Assembly (NCBI GenBank): GCA_046313635.1
Contig: JBKBYA010000012.1
Span: 5,451-69,450 of the forward strand
Source of the DNA: Pyrinomonadaceae bacterium
Lineage (GTDB): Bacteria; Acidobacteriota; Blastocatellia; Pyrinomonadales; Pyrinomonadaceae
Length of the DNA stretch: 64,000 nt
Reading direction: 5' to 3'
Shown: positions 54,055-63,116 of the stretch, piece after piece
Numbering within the stretch: position 1 is the stretch's first letter
Layout of the letters: every line of letters starts with the position of its first letter
Translations under genes and position numbers: made by a program
The notes under the pieces: generated by a model
Database searches by the model: none
Told to the model about the DNA's origin: nothing
What the model saw: the letters and a program-made list of their open reading frames with translations, nothing else

Positions 54055-54966
54055 TCACGCCTTTGGGTGCGCTTTGGTGTAAACGTCGATCATCTTCTCC
54101 ATCGACACCTGCGTGTAGATCTGAGTCGTCGAGAGGCGTGCGTGGCCGAGGAGTTCCTGAATGTCGCGCAGATCGGCGCCCGAGTCGAGCAGGTGCGTGG
54201 CGAAGGTGTGCCGCAAAGAGTGCGGCGAGATGTCGTGGATGTCGGCGCACTGCTTGATGTATTTGTCGATCATCCGGCCGACGCTGCGCGTCGTGATGCG
54301 CGTGCCCTGGTAATTCAAAAAGACGGCCTGCTCGTCGCGCTTCTCGACCGGAGCGTTCAATAAAAACTGAGCCCGCGTCTCCTCGAGATAATGCATCAGC
54401 GCCTGCAGCGCGGGCTCGCCAAAGGGCACGATCCGCTGCTTTTTTCGCTTGCCGGTGACGCGCACCATTCGCTCGCGAAAGTCTATGTCGCGCAAGTTCA
54501 GCCCGACCAGTTCGCCGACGCGGATGCCGGTCGCATAAAGAAACTCGAGTATCGCCCGGTCGCGGCGGCCGAGGTCTGTGTTGACGTCGGGCGTCTCGAT
54601 AAAGCGGACGGCGTCCTCCTGCGAGAGATGATTCGGGATCTTGCGCTCGATCTTGGGCGTCGCGACCAGCTTTGCCGGATTGACGTCGAGCACGCCTTCG
54701 CGGATGAGGAACTGAAAGAACGTTCGCAGGCTTGCGAGCTTTCGCGCGACCGACGTCTTTTTATGATCGCCGTGCAGCCCGGCCATCCACTCGCGGATCG
54801 TGAGCCGGTCGATCTCTTTGACGTCGATATCCGCGCGCTTTTCGATCCTCAGCATGTGATCGCGAAACTGCTCGAGATCGCTCGCATAATTGCGCAGCGT
54901 GTGCGGGCTGACATTCCGCTCATATTTCAGGTGCTGGAGAAACTGTTTGAGGTGGTCGTCGAGCAT
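54055..54966 (-). CDS. xerC: Tyrosine recombinase XerC
   Basis: 303 aa; [49 protein letters not shown]; near trmFO. Confidence 0.88.
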   Translation of the reverse strand: MLDDHLKQFLQHLKYERNVSPHTLRNYASDLEQFRDHMLRIEKRADIDVKEIDRLTIREWMAGLHGDHKKTSVARKLASLRTFFQFLIREGVLDVNPAKLVATPKIERKIPNHLSQEDAVRFIETPDVNTDLGRRDRAILEFLYATGIRVGELVGLNLRDIDFRERMVRVTGKRKKQRIVPFGEPALQALMHYLEETRAQFLLNAPVEKRDEQAVFLNYQGTRITTRSVGRMIDKYIKQCADIHDISPHSLRHTFATHLLDSGADLRDIQELLGHARLSTTQIYTQVSMEKMIDVYTKAHPKA

Positions 54967-55074
54967 GTGCTGGTAAGAGTTACGCGTTCACGCGTGAAAC
55001 CGTGCGAGCCACACCGGAGATGGGCGGGTGTCGACATCAATACGTCAGCACTCTGACGGCCCGGGAGACTCACG

Positions 55075-56007
55075 CTAGTCAAAATCCCAATCCTTGCCGT
55101 AATCGAGGATCGGATACTGCTTACAAGTTTGTTGCTTCGTTCAACCCCATCCAAACATCTCAGTGCCCTCTGTGCTCTCTGTGGTTTCGGATCTCCACTC
55201 GATCCTCAATTCATTTGTCGTTCGTTCACCACAGAGTACACAGAGTGCACAGAGTCAATTTGACGGAGGTCATATCCGAAGATGTTGATTGTTTCGGCTA
55301 TCTCATCCATTCAAATATCTCAGTGCCCTCTGTGCTCTCTGTGGTTTCGGATCTCCACTCGATCCTCAATTCATTTGTCGTTCGTTCACCACAGAGTACA
55401 CAGAGTGCACAGAGTCAATTGATAGAAACTTTATCCCGCAGCTTACAAATGCCTTGGTTTTCGCAGCCATCTCCACGCCGACCTTTTCCAGATACTCTGA
55501 CGCGCTTGAGTAAGGCCAGTCCTGCCACCTTTTCACGTACCCGTGTTTTACCGGATTGTGGTGAATGTAGTTCAGCGTCGCGTAGAAATGCCGCTCCGAT
55601 CGCATCGACCTTTCGACGCACCGATACCAAACCTTTCGGCCGCGCTCGTCGTCTTCACCATTCCAAGTGTATGACGACAAGCCATGATATTTGCCGAGTG
55701 CGGCGAGCAACGATCTGACCCGGGCCGTGCGGAGGAGAAGGTGATAGTGATTCGGTAGGGCGCACCAAGCGTGTAGGGCCGCGTTCTCGGTCCTACAGAG
55801 CTCGATCAGATCTGCTTCACACCCTGCCATTCTCCCCGGCGAACTCCCGATGATGTGCCGATGTTCAAAGCAGGCGGCCGTTACAATAAAGTTCTGTTCC
55901 CCGAGATAATCGAAGTGCGGCGGTGCGTGCCAGGGTCGGCGGTACGCCCTGCGTTCGCTCAGAGCGTTCGCCCGCATCTCGTCAGACATTTTACGCCAGT
56001 TGTACAT
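55075..56007 (-). pseudogene. REP-associated tyrosine transposase (RAYT) interrupted near its 3' end
   Basis: PNHYHLL (HUH), NYIHHNPVKHG, WPYSS; likely C-terminus KQYPILDYGKDWDFD* lies in the same frame at about 55123-55075, beyond a 330-bp insert. Confidence 0.8.
55147..55420. repeat. Two tandem 114-bp units (period 160), each with inverted nonamer arms CTCTGTG/CACAGAG
   Basis: 55147-55260 and 55307-55420 nearly identical; CTCAGTGCC CTCTGTGCT CTCTGTGGT ... ACCACAGAG TACACAGAG TGCACAGAG. Confidence 0.95.
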
Positions 56008-56091
56008 CGTGTCGACGTTTATAACAGACGCCCTAAGCGTGAACAGATGTTGATTCTAATTCATGAGCCGTCACGCGTGAACGCGTAACTC

Positions 56092-57186
56092 TTACCGCTT
56101 GGGGACATAATACCCTTTGCGTGTCCTGACGGTGAGGTTTGGGTTGCTTTTTACCGTAACGGTGATCTGCCTGAAGTCGCCGGGCTTGCCCGTCTCGGTC
56201 TCCGGATAGTAGCTCAAAATGTACTGGTCCGAGAGCTCGCCCGAGATCCGCGCAAAGGCCGTTTCCATCTCGCGTTCGTCGAGCGGCGAATAGACCGCGC
56301 CGCCGGTCTGCGACGCGATCTCCTGCATACGGCGTTCGGCGTCGAGCACGCGAATGTTGGCGTTGCCGCCGCGTTGGCCCGTGCGTTTGAAGTTTTCAAA
56401 GTCCTTTGTCTTGACGACGTAGACCTGACAATTCGTGAACTGCAGTCGGCGGATCACCTTTTCGAGCGTCGTCGAGTAATCGCTGTACGTATCTTCGCCG
56501 TCCGAGACGATGACGATGACGCGGCGGCCATCGAGTGCCGATTCGCGCAGATAGTCGGCGACCTCGAGGATGCCGTCGAGCAGAGCGGTCGCTCCCTCGG
56601 GCTGAGGGAGCGACTCGACGGCACGCAGGAGCAGCGAGACGTCGCGCGTCAGCGGCTGCGACATTCGCGTCGCGTCGGCGACCGTAAAGAGCGCGGCCAT
56701 GTCGCGCTCGGGCCGCAGCACGCGTTTGAAGAATTTCACGGCCGCTTCTTTTTCAAACTCGCGCGCGATCAGCACGCTCGACGAGTTGTCAAAGAGCATC
56801 GCCAGCCGTATCGGCGTCGCAGCCCGAGTGACCTCGCCGATCGCGACGCGTCGGCCGTCGATCGACAGTTCAAAATCCTCAAGCCGGAGGCTGGTCACCG
56901 CTCGGCCATGAGAGTCGACGACCGAGACCGGTATCGGTACGAGCGTCGACTCGATCTTCAGAACGTCGTCGTCGTCGGTCGCGGGTTTGGCCGGCGTGGG
57001 CGTCGGTGTCGCGTCGTTCTTTGGCAGCGGTTTGTCGACGGACGACCACTCTCGCGGCACGTATATGACCCGCGGCCGTTCGCGATCGGGAGTGGGACTC
57101 GGCGTCGGCTTGGTCCGGCCCGACTGGGCAAGCGCGCTCGGCGACAAAAGGATGAGAATCACGATCGAATAAATGCCGAGCTTCAT
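56092..57186 (-). CDS. VWA domain protein (acidobacterial VWFA-related type), secreted
   Basis: 364 aa; signal peptide, PTPTP linker, MIDAS DNSSS, TALLDG, VSDGED, TGG, QYILSY, VRTRKGY. Confidence 0.9.
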   Translation of the reverse strand: MKLGIYSIVILILLSPSALAQSGRTKPTPSPTPDRERPRVIYVPREWSSVDKPLPKNDATPTPTPAKPATDDDDVLKIESTLVPIPVSVVDSHGRAVTSLRLEDFELSIDGRRVAIGEVTRAATPIRLAMLFDNSSSVLIAREFEKEAAVKFFKRVLRPERDMAALFTVADATRMSQPLTRDVSLLLRAVESLPQPEGATALLDGILEVADYLRESALDGRRVIVIVSDGEDTYSDYSTTLEKVIRRLQFTNCQVYVVKTKDFENFKRTGQRGGNANIRVLDAERRMQEIASQTGGAVYSPLDEREMETAFARISGELSDQYILSYYPETETGKPGDFRQITVTVKSNPNLTVRTRKGYYVPKR

Positions 57187-57252
57187 TGATTGGCTAAGTG
57201 TACGGTCGCGGATTTGATTAGCGAACTGCTCTCTGCGGTTGCATTCGGCCGA

Positions 57253-57981
57253 TCAGGCAAAGATCAGCTTCGATCCCGCAACAACGAGCACGAGAGCCAA
57301 GACCCGCCGCATCGTCAGCGAGTCAAACCGCTTTGCGCCGAGTGTCGAGCCGACAACGCCGCCGACGACCGCGACGGCGACCCAGAGCCAGACGTTCGCC
57401 GGCAGCGATGCGGCGTGCCGGAAATTGCCGGCGAGACCCGAGATCGAGTTTACAAGTATGAACAGCGCCGATACTCCAGCGGCGGTCCTGGTCTCTGACC
57501 AATTCATCAGCAGCAGCACCGGCGTCAAAAAGATGCCGCCGCCGACGCCGACGAGCCCCGAGAGCAGCCCGATCGCTCCGCCGACCGCGAGTGCAATGAA
57601 GAGATTCGGGGCCTTGGCCTCGACGCCGTCGTTGAGCTTCCAAGCCAAACGCACAGCGGCGACGATCAGGACAGCTCCGAGGATCGTCTTGTAAATATGC
57701 GCCGGCAGCGTGATCATCCCGCCGACAAACGCCATCGGGATCGACGCCGCCGCAAACGGCCAGAACGCCCGCCACGAAAAATGCCCGCCGCGATAGAACT
57801 GAACCGCCGCGATCGACGCGACGAAAACATTCAAAACCAAAGCCGTCGGCCGCGTGACTTCGGGCATCACGCCAAACAGCGCCATTACCGCCAAATACCC
57901 CGAAGCCCCGCCGTGCCCGACCGAGGAGTAAAGAACCGCGACGATGAAGATCGCAATGATAATTAGGACCTGTGCTTCCAT
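57253..57981 (-). CDS. Sulfite exporter TauE/SafE family protein
   Basis: 242 aa; YSSVGHGGASGY, SGLVGVGGGIFLTP, FILVNSISG. Confidence 0.9.
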   Translation of the reverse strand: MEAQVLIIIAIFIVAVLYSSVGHGGASGYLAVMALFGVMPEVTRPTALVLNVFVASIAAVQFYRGGHFSWRAFWPFAAASIPMAFVGGMITLPAHIYKTILGAVLIVAAVRLAWKLNDGVEAKAPNLFIALAVGGAIGLLSGLVGVGGGIFLTPVLLLMNWSETRTAAGVSALFILVNSISGLAGNFRHAASLPANVWLWVAVAVVGGVVGSTLGAKRFDSLTMRRVLALVLVVAGSKLIFA

Positions 57982-58012
57982 TCCAAGTGTGCGGTCTTAA
58001 GCCAACGGCAAC

Positions 58013-58629
58013 CTTCGAACTTGCCTTCATTGCCGTCGCCTTCAGGCGACGGACCATTTGATCTTCGAACTTGCCTTCATTGCCGTCGCCTTCAGGCGAC
58101 GGACCATATGCTCCCAAGAAATTATTCCTGGGCTTTAGCCCCAGCTCCGGTGATTCGTTTCAGGGTCGCGAGTTCTCGATCGAACGGCACCGCTCGGTGA
58201 TGTTCCTCTTGCTTCGCAATGTATTCTCTCACCCTATCGACCAGCGACTCCGAAACCGATATTGCATAGTAATCATCCTGCCAACTGAACAGGCCTTTCA
58301 AAATTCCCTGCTGGTTCAGCCAGTGCGCCGACTCGCCTTTGATCAGCATCATCACCTTCGCGACTGTCTGCTCGCGGCCAAGCGAGATCAGGACGTGCAG
58401 GTGATCTGACCACCCCCGGCACAGTCGAGGAATATGCCCTTGGCCCGACAATTCTCTTTGATGTGCTCAAACAGGCGCTTTCGGATCTCGGGTGAAAGAT
58501 TCTGCTCGCGGTTTTTTGTCGAGAATATCGCGTGTACCCAGACTCGGATGTAGGACATAGGTCGATTTCGGGCTAAAGCCCGGGATTCTGATTTAGATCC
58601 TTACCCGTCGCCTGAAGGCGACGGCAATG
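58013..58629. mobile_element. REP-flanked HUH transposase module 3
   Basis: REP CATTGCCGTCGCCTTCAGGCGACGG at 58028-58052 and 58078-58102 (50-bp tandem), inverted copy at 58605-58629; inner GGGCTTTAGCCC/GGGCTAAAGCCC. Confidence 0.8.
58122..58558 (-). pseudogene. IS200/IS605 TnpA-like (RAYT-type) transposase, one base short at a G5 run
   Basis: MSYIRVWVHAIFSTKNR...LDCAG, shift at 58413-58417, then WSDHLHVL...KGESA...WQDDY...YIAKQEEHH; 437 nt. Confidence 0.85.
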
Positions 58630-58714
58630 GTGGGGAACAGTATATCCCCGCGATCTCCTCGAACGGTCTTAAGTTCCGCCATTAACAACTCGACTCCTCA
58701 AATCGCCGGTCGCT

Positions 58715-60091
58715 TCAGCGAACGGATGCGGCAGATGCGGTCATGCTTTTTAAAAACTCATCCCAATCCTTCAAGGCCCGCTCGACCTGGACGATGTGGC
58801 GTTCGCGCTTGTTGCGATGTTTTTTACGCAGCTCGACGGGGAGCGGCTCGAGCAGGCCGAAGGTGATGTTGACCGGCTGGAAGTTTTTGGTCTCGACATT
58901 CGAGACGTAGCGGCACAGTGCGCCGATCGCAGAGGTCGCCGGAGCGGTGAGCATCGGCTGACCGCGAAGCACTCTGACCGCGTTGAGGCCGGCGAGCCAG
59001 CCGGTGGCGACCGACTCGACGTAGCCCTCGACGCCCGTGATCTGGCCGGCGAAGAAGAGCCGCGGATCGGCCCGCGTCGAGAGGTCCTGGTTAAGGATCT
59101 TCGGCGAGTTGATGAACGTATTGCGGTGGATCTGGCCGTACTGGAGAATGTCCGCGTTCTCGAGACCAGGGATCAGGCGAATGATGCGCGCCTGCTCGCC
59201 GTAGCGAAGATGGTTTTGAAATCCGACCAACCCGTACGCGTCGGCCATCAAATTCTCCTGCCGCAGCTGAACGCATGCGTAAGGCTCCTGGCCTGTCTTG
59301 GGATCAGGCAGCCCTTTCGGCTTCATCGGCCCGAAGCGCAGCGTGTCGACGCCTCGACGCGCGAGTTCCTCGAGCGGCAGGCACGCCTCGAACCAGTGCG
59401 TCTCTTCAAATCGCTTGAGCGGGACCGACTTTGCGTTGATCAGCTCGTTGTAAAACCTCTCGTACTGCTCGCGGTCAAACGGGCAGTTGATGTAATCGTC
59501 GCCGCCCTTGCCGTAGCGTGCGGCCTTGAATGCGATCGACATATCGATCGAGTCGGCCGCGACGATCGGCGCGATCGCGTCGTAAAAGTAGAGCTGGTCG
59601 TCGCCGGTCCACTTCATTATCGACTCGGTAAGGGCGTCGCTGGTGAGCGGGCCGGTGGCGATGATGGTGACGCCGCGCTCGACATTCTGGCCGCCGGCCG
59701 AGGCAGGCAGTTCTGACAGGCTCTTGACCTCTTCGCGGATGAGCTCGATGCGCGGATGGCGTTCGATCCTCTCGGTTATGTACTCGGCAAATTTGATCCG
59801 GTCGACCGACAGCGCCGCGCCGGCCGGTACGCGCGTCGCGGCGGCCGCCTGCATCACGAGCGAGCGGCCGCGCCGCAATTCTTCTTTCAGCAGATACGGT
59901 GCCGAGCCCGGCTCGTCGGATTTGAGCGAATTTGAGCAGACGATCTCGGCGAGCTGATCTGTGCGGTGCGCCGGCGTCTGCATCACGGGCCGCATCTCGT
60001 AGAGGCGTACGTCGGCCCCCAACTCGGCCGCCTGCCACGCGGCCTCGACCCCGGCGAGACCACCGCCCACGACATTCACGACTTCTGACAT
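58715..60091 (-). CDS. trmFO: Methylenetetrahydrofolate--tRNA-(uracil-5-)-methyltransferase TrmFO
   Basis: Start MSEVVNVVGGGLAG (ATG 60091); EIVCSNS, FYDAIAP, FGPMKP, GQITGVEGY, FQPVNITFG. Confidence 0.95.
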   Translation of the reverse strand: MSEVVNVVGGGLAGVEAAWQAAELGADVRLYEMRPVMQTPAHRTDQLAEIVCSNSLKSDEPGSAPYLLKEELRRGRSLVMQAAAATRVPAGAALSVDRIKFAEYITERIERHPRIELIREEVKSLSELPASAGGQNVERGVTIIATGPLTSDALTESIMKWTGDDQLYFYDAIAPIVAADSIDMSIAFKAARYGKGGDDYINCPFDREQYERFYNELINAKSVPLKRFEETHWFEACLPLEELARRGVDTLRFGPMKPKGLPDPKTGQEPYACVQLRQENLMADAYGLVGFQNHLRYGEQARIIRLIPGLENADILQYGQIHRNTFINSPKILNQDLSTRADPRLFFAGQITGVEGYVESVATGWLAGLNAVRVLRGQPMLTAPATSAIGALCRYVSNVETKNFQPVNITFGLLEPLPVELRKKHRNKRERHIVQVERALKDWDEFLKSMTASAASVR

Positions 60092-60163
60092 CACTTTTGG
60101 ATTATAGATCAACGGCTCCGCGCGAGCGGAGACGCGGGTTGAAGGAGCGACCGGGACGGCGGG

Positions 60164-60203
60164 AAAAAAGGCCTTCGAAGCGCTCGCGCCTCGAAAGCCT
60201 TTT
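60164..60203. terminator. Hairpin terminator after the surface-protein fragment
   Basis: AAAAGGC..TTCGA...TCGAA..GCCTTTT stem with A/T tracts on both sides. Confidence 0.55.
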
Positions 60204-60227
60204 CGCACTTACGCCTCTTTTGTCGGC

Positions 60228-61430
60228 TCAAGGGCCGGCGACAAAGTCGAGCGAGGCGACGTCCTCCGAAAGCGTGACGCTCCTCGCGGCAAAGCTGTAG
60301 CCCTTGCTTGTGACGGTTACGACGTATGTCTCGCCGGTCGCGAGACCTTCGATACGGTAATGCCCGAACGTATTGGTCACGGCCGAGACGCGATTGCCCG
60401 CCTGGTCTGTAACGACGACCATCGCCCGCCCGATGCCCGCGCCGTCGGCCGACAAGACCCGTCCGCCGATGGCGGCCTGGGCCGCGGTCGGAGCGAGCGG
60501 ATCGCCGGCCGTCCAGTCCGCAAAGAATTGCACGCCGTTCACGGTAAAGCTGTTTCCCGCGGCGTTGAGCACGACGCTCGATCCGTTAGGTGCAAAGCGA
60601 TTTGGATATCCGGCGCTCGCGATGCGGAAGATGTCGTAAGAAGCTTCTGTACTCGTGCCCGGTATGTCCCCGTTGAGATAGTTGAAGGTCAGATTCGCCG
60701 TGACGCCGCTGCCGCTCGTCGTCCAATACCTCTGCAGCATCCGAGCCGGATCGAGCGCCGGTGAAGAGGGCGCCGTTCCGGTGTTTGCCTTAACGCTGAG
60801 AGTGCCGCTGCCGGCCGTGACCGTCGCCGCGACCGGAGAGTAGCCGCCGCCGGCGCCGACCGGATAGGTAAACGATCCAGCCGCCGAGAACTGTTTCCGG
60901 ACCGTTCCATCGACAAGGCCGTTGGTCCTCGAGGCGGTCCCGGCCGGGCCCACGCTGACGATCTTTGTTCCGGTCGTCAGAGCTCCGTTGGTCAGGGTCA
61001 GAGCTCCGTTTACCGTCGCGTCGACATTCAGCGCCGTGCCCGCCGAATTATTTATCGTGAGGTTATTAAGCGTCAGCGCCGCGACGCCGCCGATCGATTG
61101 GGCGGTCGTCCCGTTAAAGGCAAGCGTATTGCCCGTCACGCCGAGGGTATAGCTGGTCGCGATCGCGTTGAACGCACCGGCGACGTTGATCGTCCCGCTT
61201 GCGAGCGTAACGGCCGCACCGCCGCGCGAGCCGCTTATCGTCAGGTTGTTGTAGCTGAAGGCCGGCACCGTCTGTGCGCCCGCGCCGTTAAAGTCAAATG
61301 TGCTGCCCGTTATCGTATGGCCCGAGCCCGCACCGGGCGTGAACGTTCCCGCGACGCCGATCGTGCCGCTGCTCGGCAGGACCTTGGCAAAGTTTGAGAA
61401 GGTCAGGTTGCCGTAGTTCGCCGCGAGCAC
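60228..61430 (-). pseudogene. 5'-truncated large surface protein ending in a carboxypeptidase-like regulatory domain
   Basis: Begins mid-repeat (VLAANYGNLTFS; YNNLTISG; LNNLTINN) with no signal peptide or credible start; ends APTAAQAAIGGRV...TNTFGHYRIEGL..GETYVVTV..KGYSF. Confidence 0.7.
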
Positions 61431-62098
61431 CCGCGGCGAGTTCGGGTGAATATCTAAGTTCGTTCGAGCTTCCCTCGCCGACAAACCTCGCCGTCCAGTA
61501 GTTGCTTGTGCTCGTCAGAGAGAGTTCAAATTCGAACCTGTGAAACGGGTCGTTCGACGGCTCGAGCCTGTAAACCGTCGGCAGCCAGCTCGTCGTCCGT
61601 CGTGTGCTTAGCGACACGCGCGGAGCGAGTCGCGACTCGACCCAGACGACGACACAGTCGATGTCGGAAGTCGCGCAAAAATCGTCGCCGCGCGTCGATC
61701 ATCACCTCGACGATGTGCTCGTCGTAACCGAGGTAGCCGACCGTCTCGCTGACAACGACGTCAAACTCGCGCTCGAGAGACACGTCGAAGGAGCTTGCCT
61801 GTACTGCCTCTACCCTATCGGCGACGCCGTGCTCCCGCGCAAGCTCGTCGATCAGGCCGACGAGCATCTTGTCGGCCTCGATCGCGACCACCCTTGAAGC
61901 TCCGAGCTGTGCTGCGGCGATCGCCCACACGCCGGTACCCGAACCGATGTCGACGACGCGGGCGCCGTCAGCCACACGCTTGCGAAGGGCGTTGTAGAAT
62001 TTCCGATTTCGTTCGGCGTCGCGCAGCAAGGTCTCGTGCGCCTTGAGCAGCCGGTGGGCGTGCTCCGCGAGGTGAGCTTGGGGATATTCGGGATTCAA
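61430..62098 (-). pseudogene. PRMT-like SAM-dependent methyltransferase with internal deletion and frameshift
   Basis: TTG start 62098 with GGAG SD; HETLLRDAERN, VDIGSGTG, VVSETVGYLGYDE, ARRRFLRD, then a frame switch near 61670 to DCVVVWVESRL...LST...TSW. Confidence 0.7.
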
Positions 62099-62127
62099 GC
62101 GATAGGACTCCGGCGAAAAAGTACGCA

Positions 62128-62157
62128 ATTATAACTGTCGCTCGGCCGGCGAGTAAA
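62128..62157 (-). promoter_or_regulatory. Putative sigma70 promoter of the methyltransferase
   Basis: TTTACT-N18-TATAAT. Confidence 0.55.
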
Positions 62158-62172
62158 TCGAGGCCTCTGATA

Positions 62173-62874
62173 TCAAGTCGGGTCCGCCGCGAGGCGCGCG
62201 TTTTCGCCTTCTTCGCCCGCCATGAATTGCTCGTACTCCGCGAGCAGCTCGGACGGGTCTTGGTAGATCGCGATGCACCCCGCATCGCGCAGCCACTCGA
62301 CGGGAAAGCCCCCGCACAGCACGCCGACCGTCCTGATGCCGAGCTTGCCGGCCGCGATCGCGTCGTAAGGCGTGTCGCCGACGGCGAGACATTCTGCGGG
62401 GTCGACGCCCTCGAGCTGCTCGAGCGCGGCGGCAAAGATGTCCGGGTGCGGCTTTGACCGCTCGGCGTCGTCGGCCGAGGTCTCGCCGTGGATCAGGTCG
62501 TCGATCCGCGTGATCTGCTTGTAGAACTTGAGCTCGTCCTCGGGCGCGCTCGAGGCGAGGGCGATCTGCCGACCGTCGGCATGGATGCGCTCAAATAGCT
62601 CGCGAACCGCCGGGAAAGGTCTTGCATGCGGCATATACTCGGCCTTGTAGATCTCGCCGCGGCGCTCCTCGACCTGTTTGCCGATCTCGTCCATTTCGTC
62701 TTCGTTCAAAAATACCGGCAGGAGCTGGTCCCCGCCTTTCCCGATCTGGTCGCGGATCGCCTGGAATTCGATCTCTTTGCCAAATTCGCGAAACGCGCGC
62801 TGCCACGCCTCGGCGTGCATGTCGACCGTGTCGACGAGCGTTCCGTCAATGTCGAAGATCACGGCCTTTATCAT
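62173..62874 (-). CDS. HAD-superfamily hydrolase
   Basis: FDIDGTLVD motif I, ASS, KPHPDIF, GDTPYD; alternative TTG start at 62883. Confidence 0.92.
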   Translation of the reverse strand: MIKAVIFDIDGTLVDTVDMHAEAWQRAFREFGKEIEFQAIRDQIGKGGDQLLPVFLNEDEMDEIGKQVEERRGEIYKAEYMPHARPFPAVRELFERIHADGRQIALASSAPEDELKFYKQITRIDDLIHGETSADDAERSKPHPDIFAAALEQLEGVDPAECLAVGDTPYDAIAAGKLGIRTVGVLCGGFPVEWLRDAGCIAIYQDPSELLAEYEQFMAGEEGENARLAADPT

Positions 62875-62879
62875 CGCGC

Positions 62880-63086
62880 TCAAAACGTCACGTCGGGCGG
62901 GAACGTCGGGATAGGCTCCGGCGGCGTCGGGAACGGCTCGGGATTTGGGTTCGGGTCCGGGATAGGGTCGGTCACCGGATACGGATCGGGCTCAGCCGGC
63001 GGCGTCGGCTCGGTGCGGCCGGGTTCGGTGTTTGGCGGGTCGCCCTCGGGACGAACCGGTGAATTCGGCTGGTTTTGATCGCTCAT
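62880..63086 (-). CDS. Small proline-rich acidic protein
   Basis: 68 aa with PEP/PDP/PNP repeats; tightly packed between SDR and HAD. Confidence 0.6.
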   Translation of the reverse strand: MSDQNQPNSPVRPEGDPPNTEPGRTEPTPPAEPDPYPVTDPIPDPNPNPEPFPTPPEPIPTFPPDVTF

Positions 63087-63116
63087 AATTCTTGTTGCTC
63101 GACTTTGTTCCTTGTA

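Larger units (their letters stand above)
54972..56096. mobile_element. REP-flanked HUH transposase module 2
   Basis: Perfect 26-bp inverted repeats GGTAAGAGTTACGCGTTCACGCGTGA (54972-54997 and 56071-56096). Confidence 0.8.

Noticed and set aside
55147..55420. Repeat-spacer-repeat pattern as a CRISPR array
   Set aside because: Only two units, 114-bp repeats are far too long, and there are no cas genes in the window
58013..58107. 45-bp direct repeats as a mini-CRISPR
   Set aside because: 5-nt spacer; the repeat contains the REP of the adjacent transposase
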